From: an uncultured bacterium
Lineage (GTDB): Bacteria > Cyanobacteriota > Vampirovibrionia > Gastranaerophilales > JAILCC01
Length of the DNA stretch: 64,000 nucleotides
NCBI GenBank assembly: GCA_949283935.1
Contig: CASDUJ010000004.1
Location: 7,872 to 71,871 of the forward strand
Reading direction: 5' to 3'
The notes under the pieces are model-generated. The model had not been told where the DNA came from, did not search any database, and saw only the letters and a list, made by a program, of their open reading frames with translations. The stretch's first letter is position 1; each line of letters begins with the position of its first letter. Of the stretch, positions 19,377 through 27,618 are shown piece by piece. The position numbers were made by a program, and so were the translations under genes.

Positions 19377-20375
19377 ATGCTTAAAATAAAACGTACTTTG
19401 TTTGACCATATTAAAGAAAAAGATTTTTCTCGGTTTATGTTTATTGATCCTGAAAAAATTCAAAAATTATCAGGAAATATTATTTTGCGTACAATTAATC
19501 ATTTTCTGCCTCCTACTGCCAAATTTCTTAGAGAATCTTTTAATGCTATAGAAAATAGAAAAATTTTGGCTCAAATTTCTATTATTCCTGATAGTTTTTC
19601 TAATTTTAGATGTCAGTTTTCTTCTTTAAAAATTAAACATGGATATGATTTCCTTGCTAAAACTTTAATTGATTACGTTGTTAATAAATATGGAGGAAAT
19701 GGTGTATCTAGTTTTTTAGTTTATATAGATGAAAATAATCCTAATATTATTTCTCTTTTTAAAAATGGATGTGGCTTTAGAAGTTGCGCTAAAATAGATT
19801 TTTATACAACAAATAATTTAGAAAATTCTCTTAGTGATTTTGATGAAAATAATTTTAAAGATTTAGAAGATTCAGATGTGTTAGAACTTTTGGAAATAAA
19901 TACAGCAAATATTTTTCCGTATTTTAGACCTTCATTAATTTCTGATTTAAAATATTTTAAACAAGAGTTTTTTAAACAATCCAAAAATGTGTTTTTCAAA
20001 GTTTTTGTTGTAAATTCTAGACCAGAAGGTTATTTTAGAATTTATAGTTTAGATAAAAAAAATTTTTTAGTTGATATAATTACTTCTAAAGCTTTTGAAC
20101 ATTGTTATTCTGAAATTGTTGCTTATATTCAATATTTTTTGAGAACTAAAAATGATTTTGAATCGCTTACTGTTTTGTTGAAAAGATATAGGGAAACTGC
20201 TCAAGTTTTAGAAAAAAATTTGAAATTTGCAAATTATTTTATTTCAAATGCAACGCAAATTTTGGTTAAAGATTATTGGAAAAGAATTGATGAAATGCAA
20301 AATGAAGAAAAACTTTTTGTGTTTTTCAATGATTTATCTGTTCAGCCTGCGAGGTATAATTCGTTTATGCTATAA
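19377..20375 (+). CDS. Hypothetical protein with a possible GNAT-like acetyltransferase fold
   Basis: GYDFLAKTLIDYVVNKYGGNGVSSFLVYIDENNPNIISLFKNGCGFR resembles GNAT motif A/B. This is a weak, by-eye assignment. Confidence 0.35.
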   Translation: MLKIKRTLFDHIKEKDFSRFMFIDPEKIQKLSGNIILRTINHFLPPTAKFLRESFNAIENRKILAQISIIPDSFSNFRCQFSSLKIKHGYDFLAKTLIDYVVNKYGGNGVSSFLVYIDENNPNIISLFKNGCGFRSCAKIDFYTTNNLENSLSDFDENNFKDLEDSDVLELLEINTANIFPYFRPSLISDLKYFKQEFFKQSKNVFFKVFVVNSRPEGYFRIYSLDKKNFLVDIITSKAFEHCYSEIVAYIQYFLRTKNDFESLTVLLKRYRETAQVLEKNLKFANYFISNATQILVKDYWKRIDEMQNEEKLFVFFNDLSVQPARYNSFML

Positions 20376-20392
20376 TTTTTCTGTGAGAATTT

Positions 20393-21451
20393 TTGGGTGT
20401 GCAAGTGCGAATTTTGGTTGTAAGATATAGATTTATTGGTGATACTATTTTGACTGTACCTTTTTTAAGGAATTTGAGGCGATGTTATCCTTATGCCAAA
20501 ATTGATATGCTTGTTGCTCCTGTTTCCGGCGAATTGCTTGAAACTTGTCCTTATGTGGATAATTTAATTTATTTTGATACAACACGTAAACATCGTTATG
20601 AATCTTCTAAAGTTTCGAAAAAATCATTTTGGCATTACGTAAAGCTTTTGCGCTCTCAACATTATGATAAGTCCTATATATTAAAACGTTCTTTTTCTAG
20701 TGCTGCTTTGTGTGCTTTTGCCGGTATAAAAAATAGAATAGGTTTTGATACTGAATGGAGAGGAATTTTTTTGACTAAAAAAGTTCCTTACGATTCGACA
20801 AAACATGAAGTTGAAAGTTTTTTGGATGTCTTAAAAGCTGATAATGTTCCTGTTTTCGATGATTACCTTGAACTTTGGCTTAAAAAGCAAGATGTTGCAG
20901 AGGCCAATAGTATTCTTTCAAAGTATGCAAATAATAACTTAAAAAAGGTTATGGTACATGCTACTAGTGGAAATCCTAAAAAACAATGGAAAATGGAATA
21001 TTTCGCCCAAATTATTGAAAAATTATCTAATGAAAAAAATATTCAGGTTTTTCATCTTGGAGCAAAATCTGATCGTAAGGTTTACGAAAATATAAGATCT
21101 ATGATAAAATGCGATTTACTTATAGAACCTGTTAATTTGTGTGGAGAATTGGATTTGGGCACTAGTGCTGCCGTGATTGCTAATATGGATTTAGTGTTTG
21201 GTAATGATTCAGGAACTTTGCATGTTGCTGGAGCTCTTGATGTGCCTACTGTAGTCATATATGGTCCAATGGATTATCATAAATGGAGAGTTTGGAATTT
21301 AAATACTAAGGCACTTTCTACCAAAATTGATTGTTATCCTTGTAATTTAAAAACTAAATGCAAAAATAATTTTGCTTGTTTAGAACAAATTACTCCAAAT
21401 GTAGCATTAACTTTTATAGATGAAATGATAAATGCTACAAAAATTTACTAA
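20393..21451 (+). CDS. Glycosyltransferase family 9 (LPS heptosyltransferase-like)
   Basis: ILVVRYRFIGDTILTVPFLRNLR N-terminus and GNDSGTLHVAGALDVPTVVIYGP C-terminal motif. The exact start (TTG/GTG cluster at 20393-20405) is uncertain. Confidence 0.8.
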   Translation: MGVQVRILVVRYRFIGDTILTVPFLRNLRRCYPYAKIDMLVAPVSGELLETCPYVDNLIYFDTTRKHRYESSKVSKKSFWHYVKLLRSQHYDKSYILKRSFSSAALCAFAGIKNRIGFDTEWRGIFLTKKVPYDSTKHEVESFLDVLKADNVPVFDDYLELWLKKQDVAEANSILSKYANNNLKKVMVHATSGNPKKQWKMEYFAQIIEKLSNEKNIQVFHLGAKSDRKVYENIRSMIKCDLLIEPVNLCGELDLGTSAAVIANMDLVFGNDSGTLHVAGALDVPTVVIYGPMDYHKWRVWNLNTKALSTKIDCYPCNLKTKCKNNFACLEQITPNVALTFIDEMINATKIY

Positions 21452-21638
21452 TTTTAGGACAGCTTGTTATGGTTTCCAAATTGCGTATTTGGTTTCCAAA
21501 AATGCAAGCATTCACTCCACTTCTACAATATTTACATTCTTCACAGCAAAGCGTTTCCAATTGATTATATAATGAGTTAAATTTTCTTATTCTTGCATAT
21601 TCTTCTAATGACGGAATATGCGTTATGCCTCGTGACAT
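21435..21638 (-). CDS. Small cysteine-rich hypothetical protein (67 aa from the internal ATG)
   Basis: The ATG at 21638 is preceded by AAGGGG with a 6-nt spacing. Six Cys, including CCEECKYC. Its 3' end overlaps the GT9 gene convergently. Confidence 0.4.
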   Translation of the reverse strand: MSRGITHIPSLEEYARIRKFNSLYNQLETLCCEECKYCRSGVNACIFGNQIRNLETITSCPKISKFL

Positions 21639-21825
21639 TTTTTTCCCCTTTTCTCTTATAAATCGGTGTATCAAACCGATTCTCATCCCGTTATGTGATT
21701 TTTTTATTATAAAATACTTTTTTTTCAGGGCAAGAATGTTAAGATATGTTTTCTTTTTATATTTTCTTGCTTGTTTCTCAAAATTGTATTATTCTTTTTA
21801 TAGTTTATTAAAAAAGAGGATAAAT

Positions 21826-22122
21826 ATGCCTAAACGTTGGTATGATACTGAACCTACTTTGAGTCTTGCAATTAGTATGTTGAAAAATGCTTCTGAGGAC
21901 AAGCAAGATTCTGTTTGTGAACTTGTTCAAAAAAAATTTGATGAAATGAATATAAAACCAAATGAAAAATTTGTAGTTTTTAGAATTTTTGATAAACGTT
22001 GGTATGATGAAAAAGAAAATTTGTATAATCTTTTAGAAACTTTACGTTGTTGTAATGCAGAAAACAGAAGAGCCATTGCTCTTTGTATAATCGATCATTT
22101 GTGCAATCTTGTCAAAAGTTAA
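21826..22122 (+). CDS. Small hypothetical protein (98 aa) with a duplicated KRWYD motif
   Basis: The ATG at 21826 is preceded by an AAGAGGA RBS. MPKRWYDTEP ... FDKRWYDEKE. The track's 67-aa N-terminal extension is low-complexity and probably not translated. Confidence 0.5.
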   Translation: MPKRWYDTEPTLSLAISMLKNASEDKQDSVCELVQKKFDEMNIKPNEKFVVFRIFDKRWYDEKENLYNLLETLRCCNAENRRAIALCIIDHLCNLVKS

Positions 22123-22171
22123 ATTTGAAATCTTTTTATTTTTTTGATAAAATACCCTTGTAGAGGGGATT

Positions 22172-23044
22172 ATGCGTTATTTTCTTAATGTATTTGTAAT
22201 GTTTTTATTTTGTTTGGTATTTTCTACGCCTGCTTTTGCTATAAAGATTGGATTAATTGAAGGCGCACAACAGACTATTGTTGCTGTTTCTAATTTGGGG
22301 GGTATTTACGATGCTGAATCAGGAAAAGAAATTTTAAAATTACAACCAATGTCTGCTTATGTTTTGAAAAATGCCAGAAATTCCATTCAAATTAAAATAA
22401 ATGGGAAGTATTATTCTTTGCATTCTAAAAGAATTATTCTCAAAACTTATGATGCTAAAGGATTTGTTTTAGCTAAAAAGCGTTGGTATAGACAAAATAT
22501 GATTATTGCTAAAAATTCTGAAGGGTTGACTGTTATTAATGATATAAATCTTGAATTATATTTGTTAGGGGTAGTTCCATCTGAAATGCCTAGTAGCTGG
22601 AATATTGAAGCACATAAAGCTCAAGCTATTGCTGCTAGAAGTTATGCAATTGCTAATATGGGCAAAAGAGCTTCCCGAGGATTTGATTTAAAAGATACTC
22701 CAGAAGATCAAGCTTATGGTGGAGCTTCTGCAGAAACTCAAAAAACAAATAAAGCTGTTTTAGATACTAAAGGGCAAGTTCTTGTTAATAATAACAAAGT
22801 AATTTCGGCATATTACCACGCAAGTGCTGGTGGAAAAACTACAAATAGTGGAAAAGTTTGGTGTAAAAATCTTCCTTATTTACATTCGGTTCCTAGTTTT
22901 GATAATAATGTTCCAAAAAGTGGTCATGGAATAGGTATGTCTCAACATGGCGCAAATAATCTTGCAAAATATGGTTATAATGCTTACCAAATTCTTGCCT
23001 ATTTTTATACTAATGTTCAACTTGCTACTATTCCTTCAAAATAG
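22172..23044 (+). CDS. SpoIID/LytB-domain protein (peptidoglycan lytic transglycosylase-like), secreted
   Basis: Signal peptide; AHKAQAIAARSYA and YHASAGGKT motifs of the SpoIID family. Confidence 0.8.
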   Translation: MRYFLNVFVMFLFCLVFSTPAFAIKIGLIEGAQQTIVAVSNLGGIYDAESGKEILKLQPMSAYVLKNARNSIQIKINGKYYSLHSKRIILKTYDAKGFVLAKKRWYRQNMIIAKNSEGLTVINDINLELYLLGVVPSEMPSSWNIEAHKAQAIAARSYAIANMGKRASRGFDLKDTPEDQAYGGASAETQKTNKAVLDTKGQVLVNNNKVISAYYHASAGGKTTNSGKVWCKNLPYLHSVPSFDNNVPKSGHGIGMSQHGANNLAKYGYNAYQILAYFYTNVQLATIPSK

Positions 23045-23048
23045 CAAT

Positions 23049-23079
23049 AAAAAAGGAGTTATCCATTAAGGTTAACTCC
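23049..23079 (-). terminator. Intrinsic terminator for the minus-strand 651-aa gene
   Basis: Hairpin GGAGTTA-t-CC / GG-t-TAACTCC (23055-23079). The A6 run at 23049-23054 gives a U6 tract after the hairpin on the minus strand. Confidence 0.55.
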
Positions 23080-23110
23080 ATTGTGGTATATAATTCTTCT
23101 ATTTTTTAAA

Positions 23111-25066
23111 TTATATAAGTTTTTTCTTTTGTGTGTTTGTATTTTGCGCCATTGTTAATCCGTTTGTTTGAGTTTTTTCTGTTTGATTATTCGTCGTTTT
23201 GGCTTCTAAACTAGCATCTGATATCTTATTTTCTACTTTTTTTTCTGCTCTTTTTACTGTTGCTGATATAGAATTTTCTGCCAATGCTATGTCTGTTGTA
23301 GTTGAATTTATCATGTTTTTAGTGTTTACTGTTTCCGCAAAATCTTTTAGAAATGGATTTTCTTCGTATGTATCGGATAAGTCTGTTATTTTCGCTCCAA
23401 ATAATATTGCATATTTGTTTTCTATATTTCTTTCGGTATCATACGAGTGAGTACCTTGAACAATTTTATCTCCTAAATTAACTTCAAATGTACCAGCTAG
23501 TAAATCTCCAGTTATTTGTGTCTCGTTAATTTCTTTGTATGTATCTAAATTTATCGATTCTACTCCTGCACTATGTGCATTCGTAAATGTATATTGTCCG
23601 TTTGTTTGATTTACTGCAACAACTTGTAGTTTTTTTAGTTCATCACCTGATATAATTCCGTCACTATCTTCATCGTAGGCTATCATTTCTTCCCAACCTT
23701 TTTCGGCTCCAAGAAATTCTGATTCATCATCAAAAATACCGTTTCCATCTCTGTCTTGGATGAATTCATATTTTATATTACCTTTGCTAAATGTCATGGG
23801 ATCGTTTCTTTGGATGTTAATATTACCAGGTTCTTCTGGATCTTGATATCCGTCATCGTATCTTTCTGCATTTATTCCATAGTTGTCTTTCATTGATTGT
23901 ACCAATGCATTATATATGTTTGTTGAGCTCGCATCGTGACCTTTGGGAATACTCATTACTCCTTTTTCTGCATCGTATTTAATTCCACAATCGTCAAAAG
24001 TATTTTGTAATATATTCCATGCATCTGCGTATGGCATATTGTCTAATTCTTTGTTGTTCAAAAATTCTGCAAGCTTTTGAACTTGTGGATTACTGCTTGA
24101 AACATCTCCATTACCTTCTACATGATATTTGTCAATTATTTCTTTTCTCATGTTTTGTCTAACTTCATATCCTTCTTGATATCTTGCAGAAGACGTATTA
24201 ATCCAACTTGCTACGCTGTTTCTGTTACTTATGGTTCTGTTTAAGAGCGAATTTTTATCGTTGTATTTTTGATGTGCATTCCTCAAATTACCAACAATTT
24301 TATCTATTGATTTGCATAATGATTTAATCTCTTCTCCTCTTACTGTACAGTCTTTTAGGTCTTTATCTAGGGCAGATGTGTTTAAGCCACCTTCTAAATT
24401 TAATTTATTTTCTATGACGTTATATAATTGTTCATTAGGATATTCACCATTTTTATATGCCTCTATGCATTCTTCAATAATTTGAGTGCTTTTTTTCTGA
24501 AATTCTGTCGTAAGGCTCTGGGAATCTGCTAGTGCGGAATTAATCTTTTTATTTAATTTGCTAGACTCTTCGTCTACTGTTTTAGCTTGAGTATCATATT
24601 CATGTTCATATATATCTACTTGGGTTTTTAAATCTTCTATTTCTGCTCGTAAAGTTTCAATTTGTTGTGATAAAAATTTTTCTAATTCACTACCTTCTTT
24701 TATATATTTTGATAGTGTCGCTCCTATAGTTTGTAGTTCGTTTAATGTTTGTGCATTTTGAGGGCTTGTAGCTCCTTGCCTTATATCCTCAAGCATTGCT
24801 TCTGCTTTTTCATTTAATTCACTCAATGATGTAGTTTCATCTATATTTTCATCATAGTTTTCTTCGTCTATATATGAGGCAAAAACTTGATCCAGATGTT
24901 CTTGAGAAAATTCTATATTTGTGTTCTCGTTGTCGTCTTGTATGTATAGACAAGCTAACCTATAGTCGGCTATGTCTACTGTTCCGTCATTATTAAAATC
25001 GTACCTTAGAGATAGTTCAGCTTCTTTATCCTTGAAATAATCACTTGCTTCAATTGATGTTACCAT
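23111..25066 (-). CDS. Large coiled-coil protein with EF-hand/dockerin-like Ca-binding loops; function unknown
   Basis: N-terminal DFNNDGTVDIAD loop; central heptad-like region; C-terminal DRDGNGIFDDES and the canonical 12-residue EF loop DEDSDGIISGDE. No signal peptide. Confidence 0.55.
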   Translation of the reverse strand: MVTSIEASDYFKDKEAELSLRYDFNNDGTVDIADYRLACLYIQDDNENTNIEFSQEHLDQVFASYIDEENYDENIDETTSLSELNEKAEAMLEDIRQGATSPQNAQTLNELQTIGATLSKYIKEGSELEKFLSQQIETLRAEIEDLKTQVDIYEHEYDTQAKTVDEESSKLNKKINSALADSQSLTTEFQKKSTQIIEECIEAYKNGEYPNEQLYNVIENKLNLEGGLNTSALDKDLKDCTVRGEEIKSLCKSIDKIVGNLRNAHQKYNDKNSLLNRTISNRNSVASWINTSSARYQEGYEVRQNMRKEIIDKYHVEGNGDVSSSNPQVQKLAEFLNNKELDNMPYADAWNILQNTFDDCGIKYDAEKGVMSIPKGHDASSTNIYNALVQSMKDNYGINAERYDDGYQDPEEPGNINIQRNDPMTFSKGNIKYEFIQDRDGNGIFDDESEFLGAEKGWEEMIAYDEDSDGIISGDELKKLQVVAVNQTNGQYTFTNAHSAGVESINLDTYKEINETQITGDLLAGTFEVNLGDKIVQGTHSYDTERNIENKYAILFGAKITDLSDTYEENPFLKDFAETVNTKNMINSTTTDIALAENSISATVKRAEKKVENKISDASLEAKTTNNQTEKTQTNGLTMAQNTNTQKKKLI

Positions 25067-25159
25067 AATCTATTCTCCTTATATACCACATATATATTAA
25101 AAACATATTTCTATTCCTAAATTCAAAATTCTTTTTTATTGTTACAATTCTTAATATTT

Positions 25160-25212
25160 ATTAATTTGTTATTTTCTTATATTTATTAACAAATTTAATA
25201 TATTAATTTGTT
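25160..25212. repeat. Repeated ATTAATTTGTT boxes (two direct copies 42 bp apart, plus an inverted copy forming a near-perfect 25-bp palindrome)
   Basis: ATTAATTTGTT at 25160-25170 and 25202-25212; AACAAATTTAAT at 25188-25199. The palindrome is centred near 25200, just upstream of a -35-like TTGACT. Confidence 0.6.
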
Positions 25213-25217
25213 TTCTA

Positions 25218-25245
25218 TTGACTTCAATTTTTTATTGCATATCAT
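25218..25245 (+). promoter_or_regulatory. Candidate sigma-70 promoter for the 25420 operon leader
   Basis: TTGACT (25218-25223), 16-nt spacer, TATCAT (25240-25245). Confidence 0.4.
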
Positions 25246-25251
25246 AAAGTA

Positions 25252-25419
25252 TACGATTTAAGGAAAATAGAGTGTAAGTCTCATGCTGTTGCGCAGCCGT
25301 AAAAGCCGGAATACTTGAATTGTTGTGATAATGTTGTCGATACTTCGCATTAAAGTGAAGACAAAAATTTTTTTTGTGAGTACCGACTATCGGTACTTTT
25401 TTGTTAAGAAGAGGGAGTA
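25252..25419 (+). promoter_or_regulatory. Structured 5' leader (candidate riboswitch/attenuator) with alternative hairpins and an 11-codon uORF
   Basis: Locally GC-rich patch at 25285-25309; hairpin CTTCGC/GTGAAG at 25343-25360; terminator at 25379-25402; TCGATACT (25337-25344) can pair with the terminator 5' arm; uORF MLLRSRKSRNT at 25283-25318. Confidence 0.45.
25379..25402 (+). terminator. Intrinsic terminator inside the leader, immediately upstream of the RBS
   Basis: Perfect 8-bp stem AGTACCGA/TCGGTACT, loop CTA, followed by T5. There is no upstream plus-strand gene to terminate. Confidence 0.6.
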
Positions 25420-26094
25420 ATGTCTGTCGGTATAGCAAATAATTCGAGAGTTGGATTGTGTCCGCACGGTTTGTCTCCAGGGGCTTGTCCCATATGTTCT
25501 GGGGGAGGAGGCGGAATGAGAATGGATCGTAACACAAGAAGATATGCCGGTGAACTTACTTGGAATGAATGTTATGCCATAGGACAAATGATGAAAGCAG
25601 CTCAGGCTAGAAAGGAATTGGCAGAATTGCAACAAAATAATCTTATGATGCAAAATATTCAAATTCAAAATGCTGCAATAAAATTTGCTCAAGCTTTTAA
25701 TACTATTGTGAATTTTCTGGCTAATAAGTCTGTGTTTGTAATGGCAAGAAATTTTATTTTCCATACCAATAATACTTTTTCGAAAATTGCTAATTTTGTT
25801 ACTAACACCATAAATAATTTTATTAATAATTTCAAAAATTTTATTGTTGATATTTCAGACAAACTAGCTGCTATTTTTGGAGAAGAAAAATTAGCTAAAT
25901 TTAAAAATTTAGGACAATTTATAGAAAAATCTAAAAAGAAAATATTGTCTTTATTAGGTTTTGTTGATGAATCAAAAGAAGAAAATGAAACTACAGAAGA
26001 AGTTAAACAAGAAGAAAAGAAAATTGCTTTTGTAAATTTCATAAGAAAAAAACTTACTTTTATTGAAGAAAATGAGTGCGAAAATGACTATTAA
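25420..26094 (+). CDS. Hypothetical protein with an N-terminal CPHG-x6-CPIC zinc-ribbon-like motif and a Gly run
   Basis: RBS AAGAAGAGGGAG; GLCPHGLSPGACPICSGGGGG, then N/Q/K-rich helical sequence. Overlaps the next gene by 32 nt. Confidence 0.55.
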   Translation: MSVGIANNSRVGLCPHGLSPGACPICSGGGGGMRMDRNTRRYAGELTWNECYAIGQMMKAAQARKELAELQQNNLMMQNIQIQNAAIKFAQAFNTIVNFLANKSVFVMARNFIFHTNNTFSKIANFVTNTINNFINNFKNFIVDISDKLAAIFGEEKLAKFKNLGQFIEKSKKKILSLLGFVDESKEENETTEEVKQEEKKIAFVNFIRKKLTFIEENECENDY

Positions 26095-27607
26095 TGCTAT
26101 TTTACCAAACAAACCAATAGAAGATTACCGTTCTAAACTTTCAAAAACTGATGTGCAAATTAAACGTTTGGATTCAGTAAAAGAAGGATTTCTTGTGAAT
26201 AATTTTGTGAAAGACACAGTAAATAATAATTTGCCGGATATCGAAGGGAGTTTTATTATACCGCAAATTTCTTCAGTAGATAGTAAATTTAAAGATAATA
26301 GAAATCCAATTTCGAAATTTTTTTCTAATATTTTAGAAAATCCTGTTATGCCCTTGTGTTTAACTGCTTTAGGAGTTTTAGGTGGTGTTGCTCTTAGCGC
26401 AAAAATTCTTCATTCTACAGCTAAAATTAACTTAAATACCTCTAAACTTGATAGGCTTCCAGATTTGCCGAGAAATATGAACTTAAATTCTGAGAATGAA
26501 TTTGTTACTTATATGGCTATCCAAAATCCAAGTATTAAAACAATTTTAGGAGCTATTGGCGCCATATCATTTGCAGGAAGCGTTTTTGTAGTTAAAAATT
26601 TTGTAGATGGTATTAAAGATATTTGGGTCAAAAAACAAGAAGCTGACATACAAAAAAACTTGCAAGAAAATTTAATTGAAGTTGAAACAAAAAGTTTTTC
26701 AGGAAAAAATAAAATAATAAGAAATTTAATGCGTGAAAAAGCTGATGAAATGAACGAAATTATGAAAATATCTTTAAAGTCTAAACCTTTAATTCCACCT
26801 ATATTTGAAGGTTTTATGAGCTTTAGAGGTGCTGAATTTCAGCCTATTGAAGAAGACAAAAAAGCAAATAACTGGTTCTTGCTATTAGCTGGTGTAGCTA
26901 CAATTGCTTTATGTACAATTTTTACAAAAAAAACCATTGCTAGTTTAAGAGGAATTGGTGATGAAATTTCTAAATATAATTCAAAAATGCATGAAAATAT
27001 GGATAAAATTTTATCAAACAATGTTATTTTAAAGGAAAATAAAGCAAAACTTTTGGATATATTTTCAATGCTAAATTTTAAACCGGAATATGTTAGAGAG
27101 AAACTACAAAAAGCTGGTTTAGAAGAAAAAGAAATAAATAATTTTATTGAATTATTGGAGCGAAGATATAGAGTTTTTGTTGATGCTCCTGAAGCGCTTG
27201 GTGGAAAAAGAGGTATTCAGTATTATTCTTATATAGATGATGTTCAAGGTCATTTATATAATTGGATAATGAATTACAAAAATGGTAATGTGGGCAAATT
27301 TACTAGAAATTTATTTATTGCTCTGGCTACAGTTTCTGGGCTTGGTTATTTAGGTAAAACTGCAGTTGAGGCTGTAAAAGATGTACAAGTTAAAAAAGTA
27401 AATGCCCAAACTGATTTATCTTTACACAAAAATTTAGTTGATATTGAACTAAGAAATTTTGAAGCTAAAAAGCGTTCGAATATTAATGTTTTGATGTCGG
27501 AATTTATAAAAAAATCTCGTCAAACAAACAAACCTGAAAAATTACATAGCATGGCCACAGAGATTCTTTATGAAATTAAAAATGGTGCTCCATTTGTTTA
27601 TTCATAA
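26063..27607 (+). CDS. Hypothetical integral membrane protein (about 4 TM segments)
   Basis: Hydrophobic segments PVMPLCLTALGVLGGVALSA, ILGAIGAISFAGSVFVV, WFLLLAGVATIALCTIF and LFIALATVSGLGYLG. The start is ambiguous (TTG 26063, ATG 26072 or 26084). Confidence 0.55.
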   Translation: MKKMSAKMTINAILPNKPIEDYRSKLSKTDVQIKRLDSVKEGFLVNNFVKDTVNNNLPDIEGSFIIPQISSVDSKFKDNRNPISKFFSNILENPVMPLCLTALGVLGGVALSAKILHSTAKINLNTSKLDRLPDLPRNMNLNSENEFVTYMAIQNPSIKTILGAIGAISFAGSVFVVKNFVDGIKDIWVKKQEADIQKNLQENLIEVETKSFSGKNKIIRNLMREKADEMNEIMKISLKSKPLIPPIFEGFMSFRGAEFQPIEEDKKANNWFLLLAGVATIALCTIFTKKTIASLRGIGDEISKYNSKMHENMDKILSNNVILKENKAKLLDIFSMLNFKPEYVREKLQKAGLEEKEINNFIELLERRYRVFVDAPEALGGKRGIQYYSYIDDVQGHLYNWIMNYKNGNVGKFTRNLFIALATVSGLGYLGKTAVEAVKDVQVKKVNAQTDLSLHKNLVDIELRNFEAKKRSNINVLMSEFIKKSRQTNKPEKLHSMATEILYEIKNGAPFVYS

Positions 27608-27618
27608 AATAGTAAAAG

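Noticed and set aside
19284-22122. Genomic island integrated at tRNA-Arg
   Set aside because: There is no integrase or recombinase, no direct repeat of the tRNA 3' end that I could find downstream, and the downstream genes include ordinary LPS functions.
25252-25419. T-box riboswitch interpretation of the leader
   Set aside because: GTGAGTACCGAC only partly resembles the T-box core GGTGGTACCGCG (7 of 12). I see no specifier loop, AGAGA/GNUGNGA K-turn or distal-loop motifs. The element is short for a T-box, and the downstream genes are not aminoacyl-tRNA synthetase or amino-acid genes.
25232-25764. Two minus-strand ORFs (101 and 125 aa) across the leader and the start of the 25420 gene
   Set aside because: They overlap a plus-strand CDS that has a strong RBS, and they overlap the structured leader. 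Their translations are low-complexity and they have no RBS. I treat them as AT-rich antisense artefacts.
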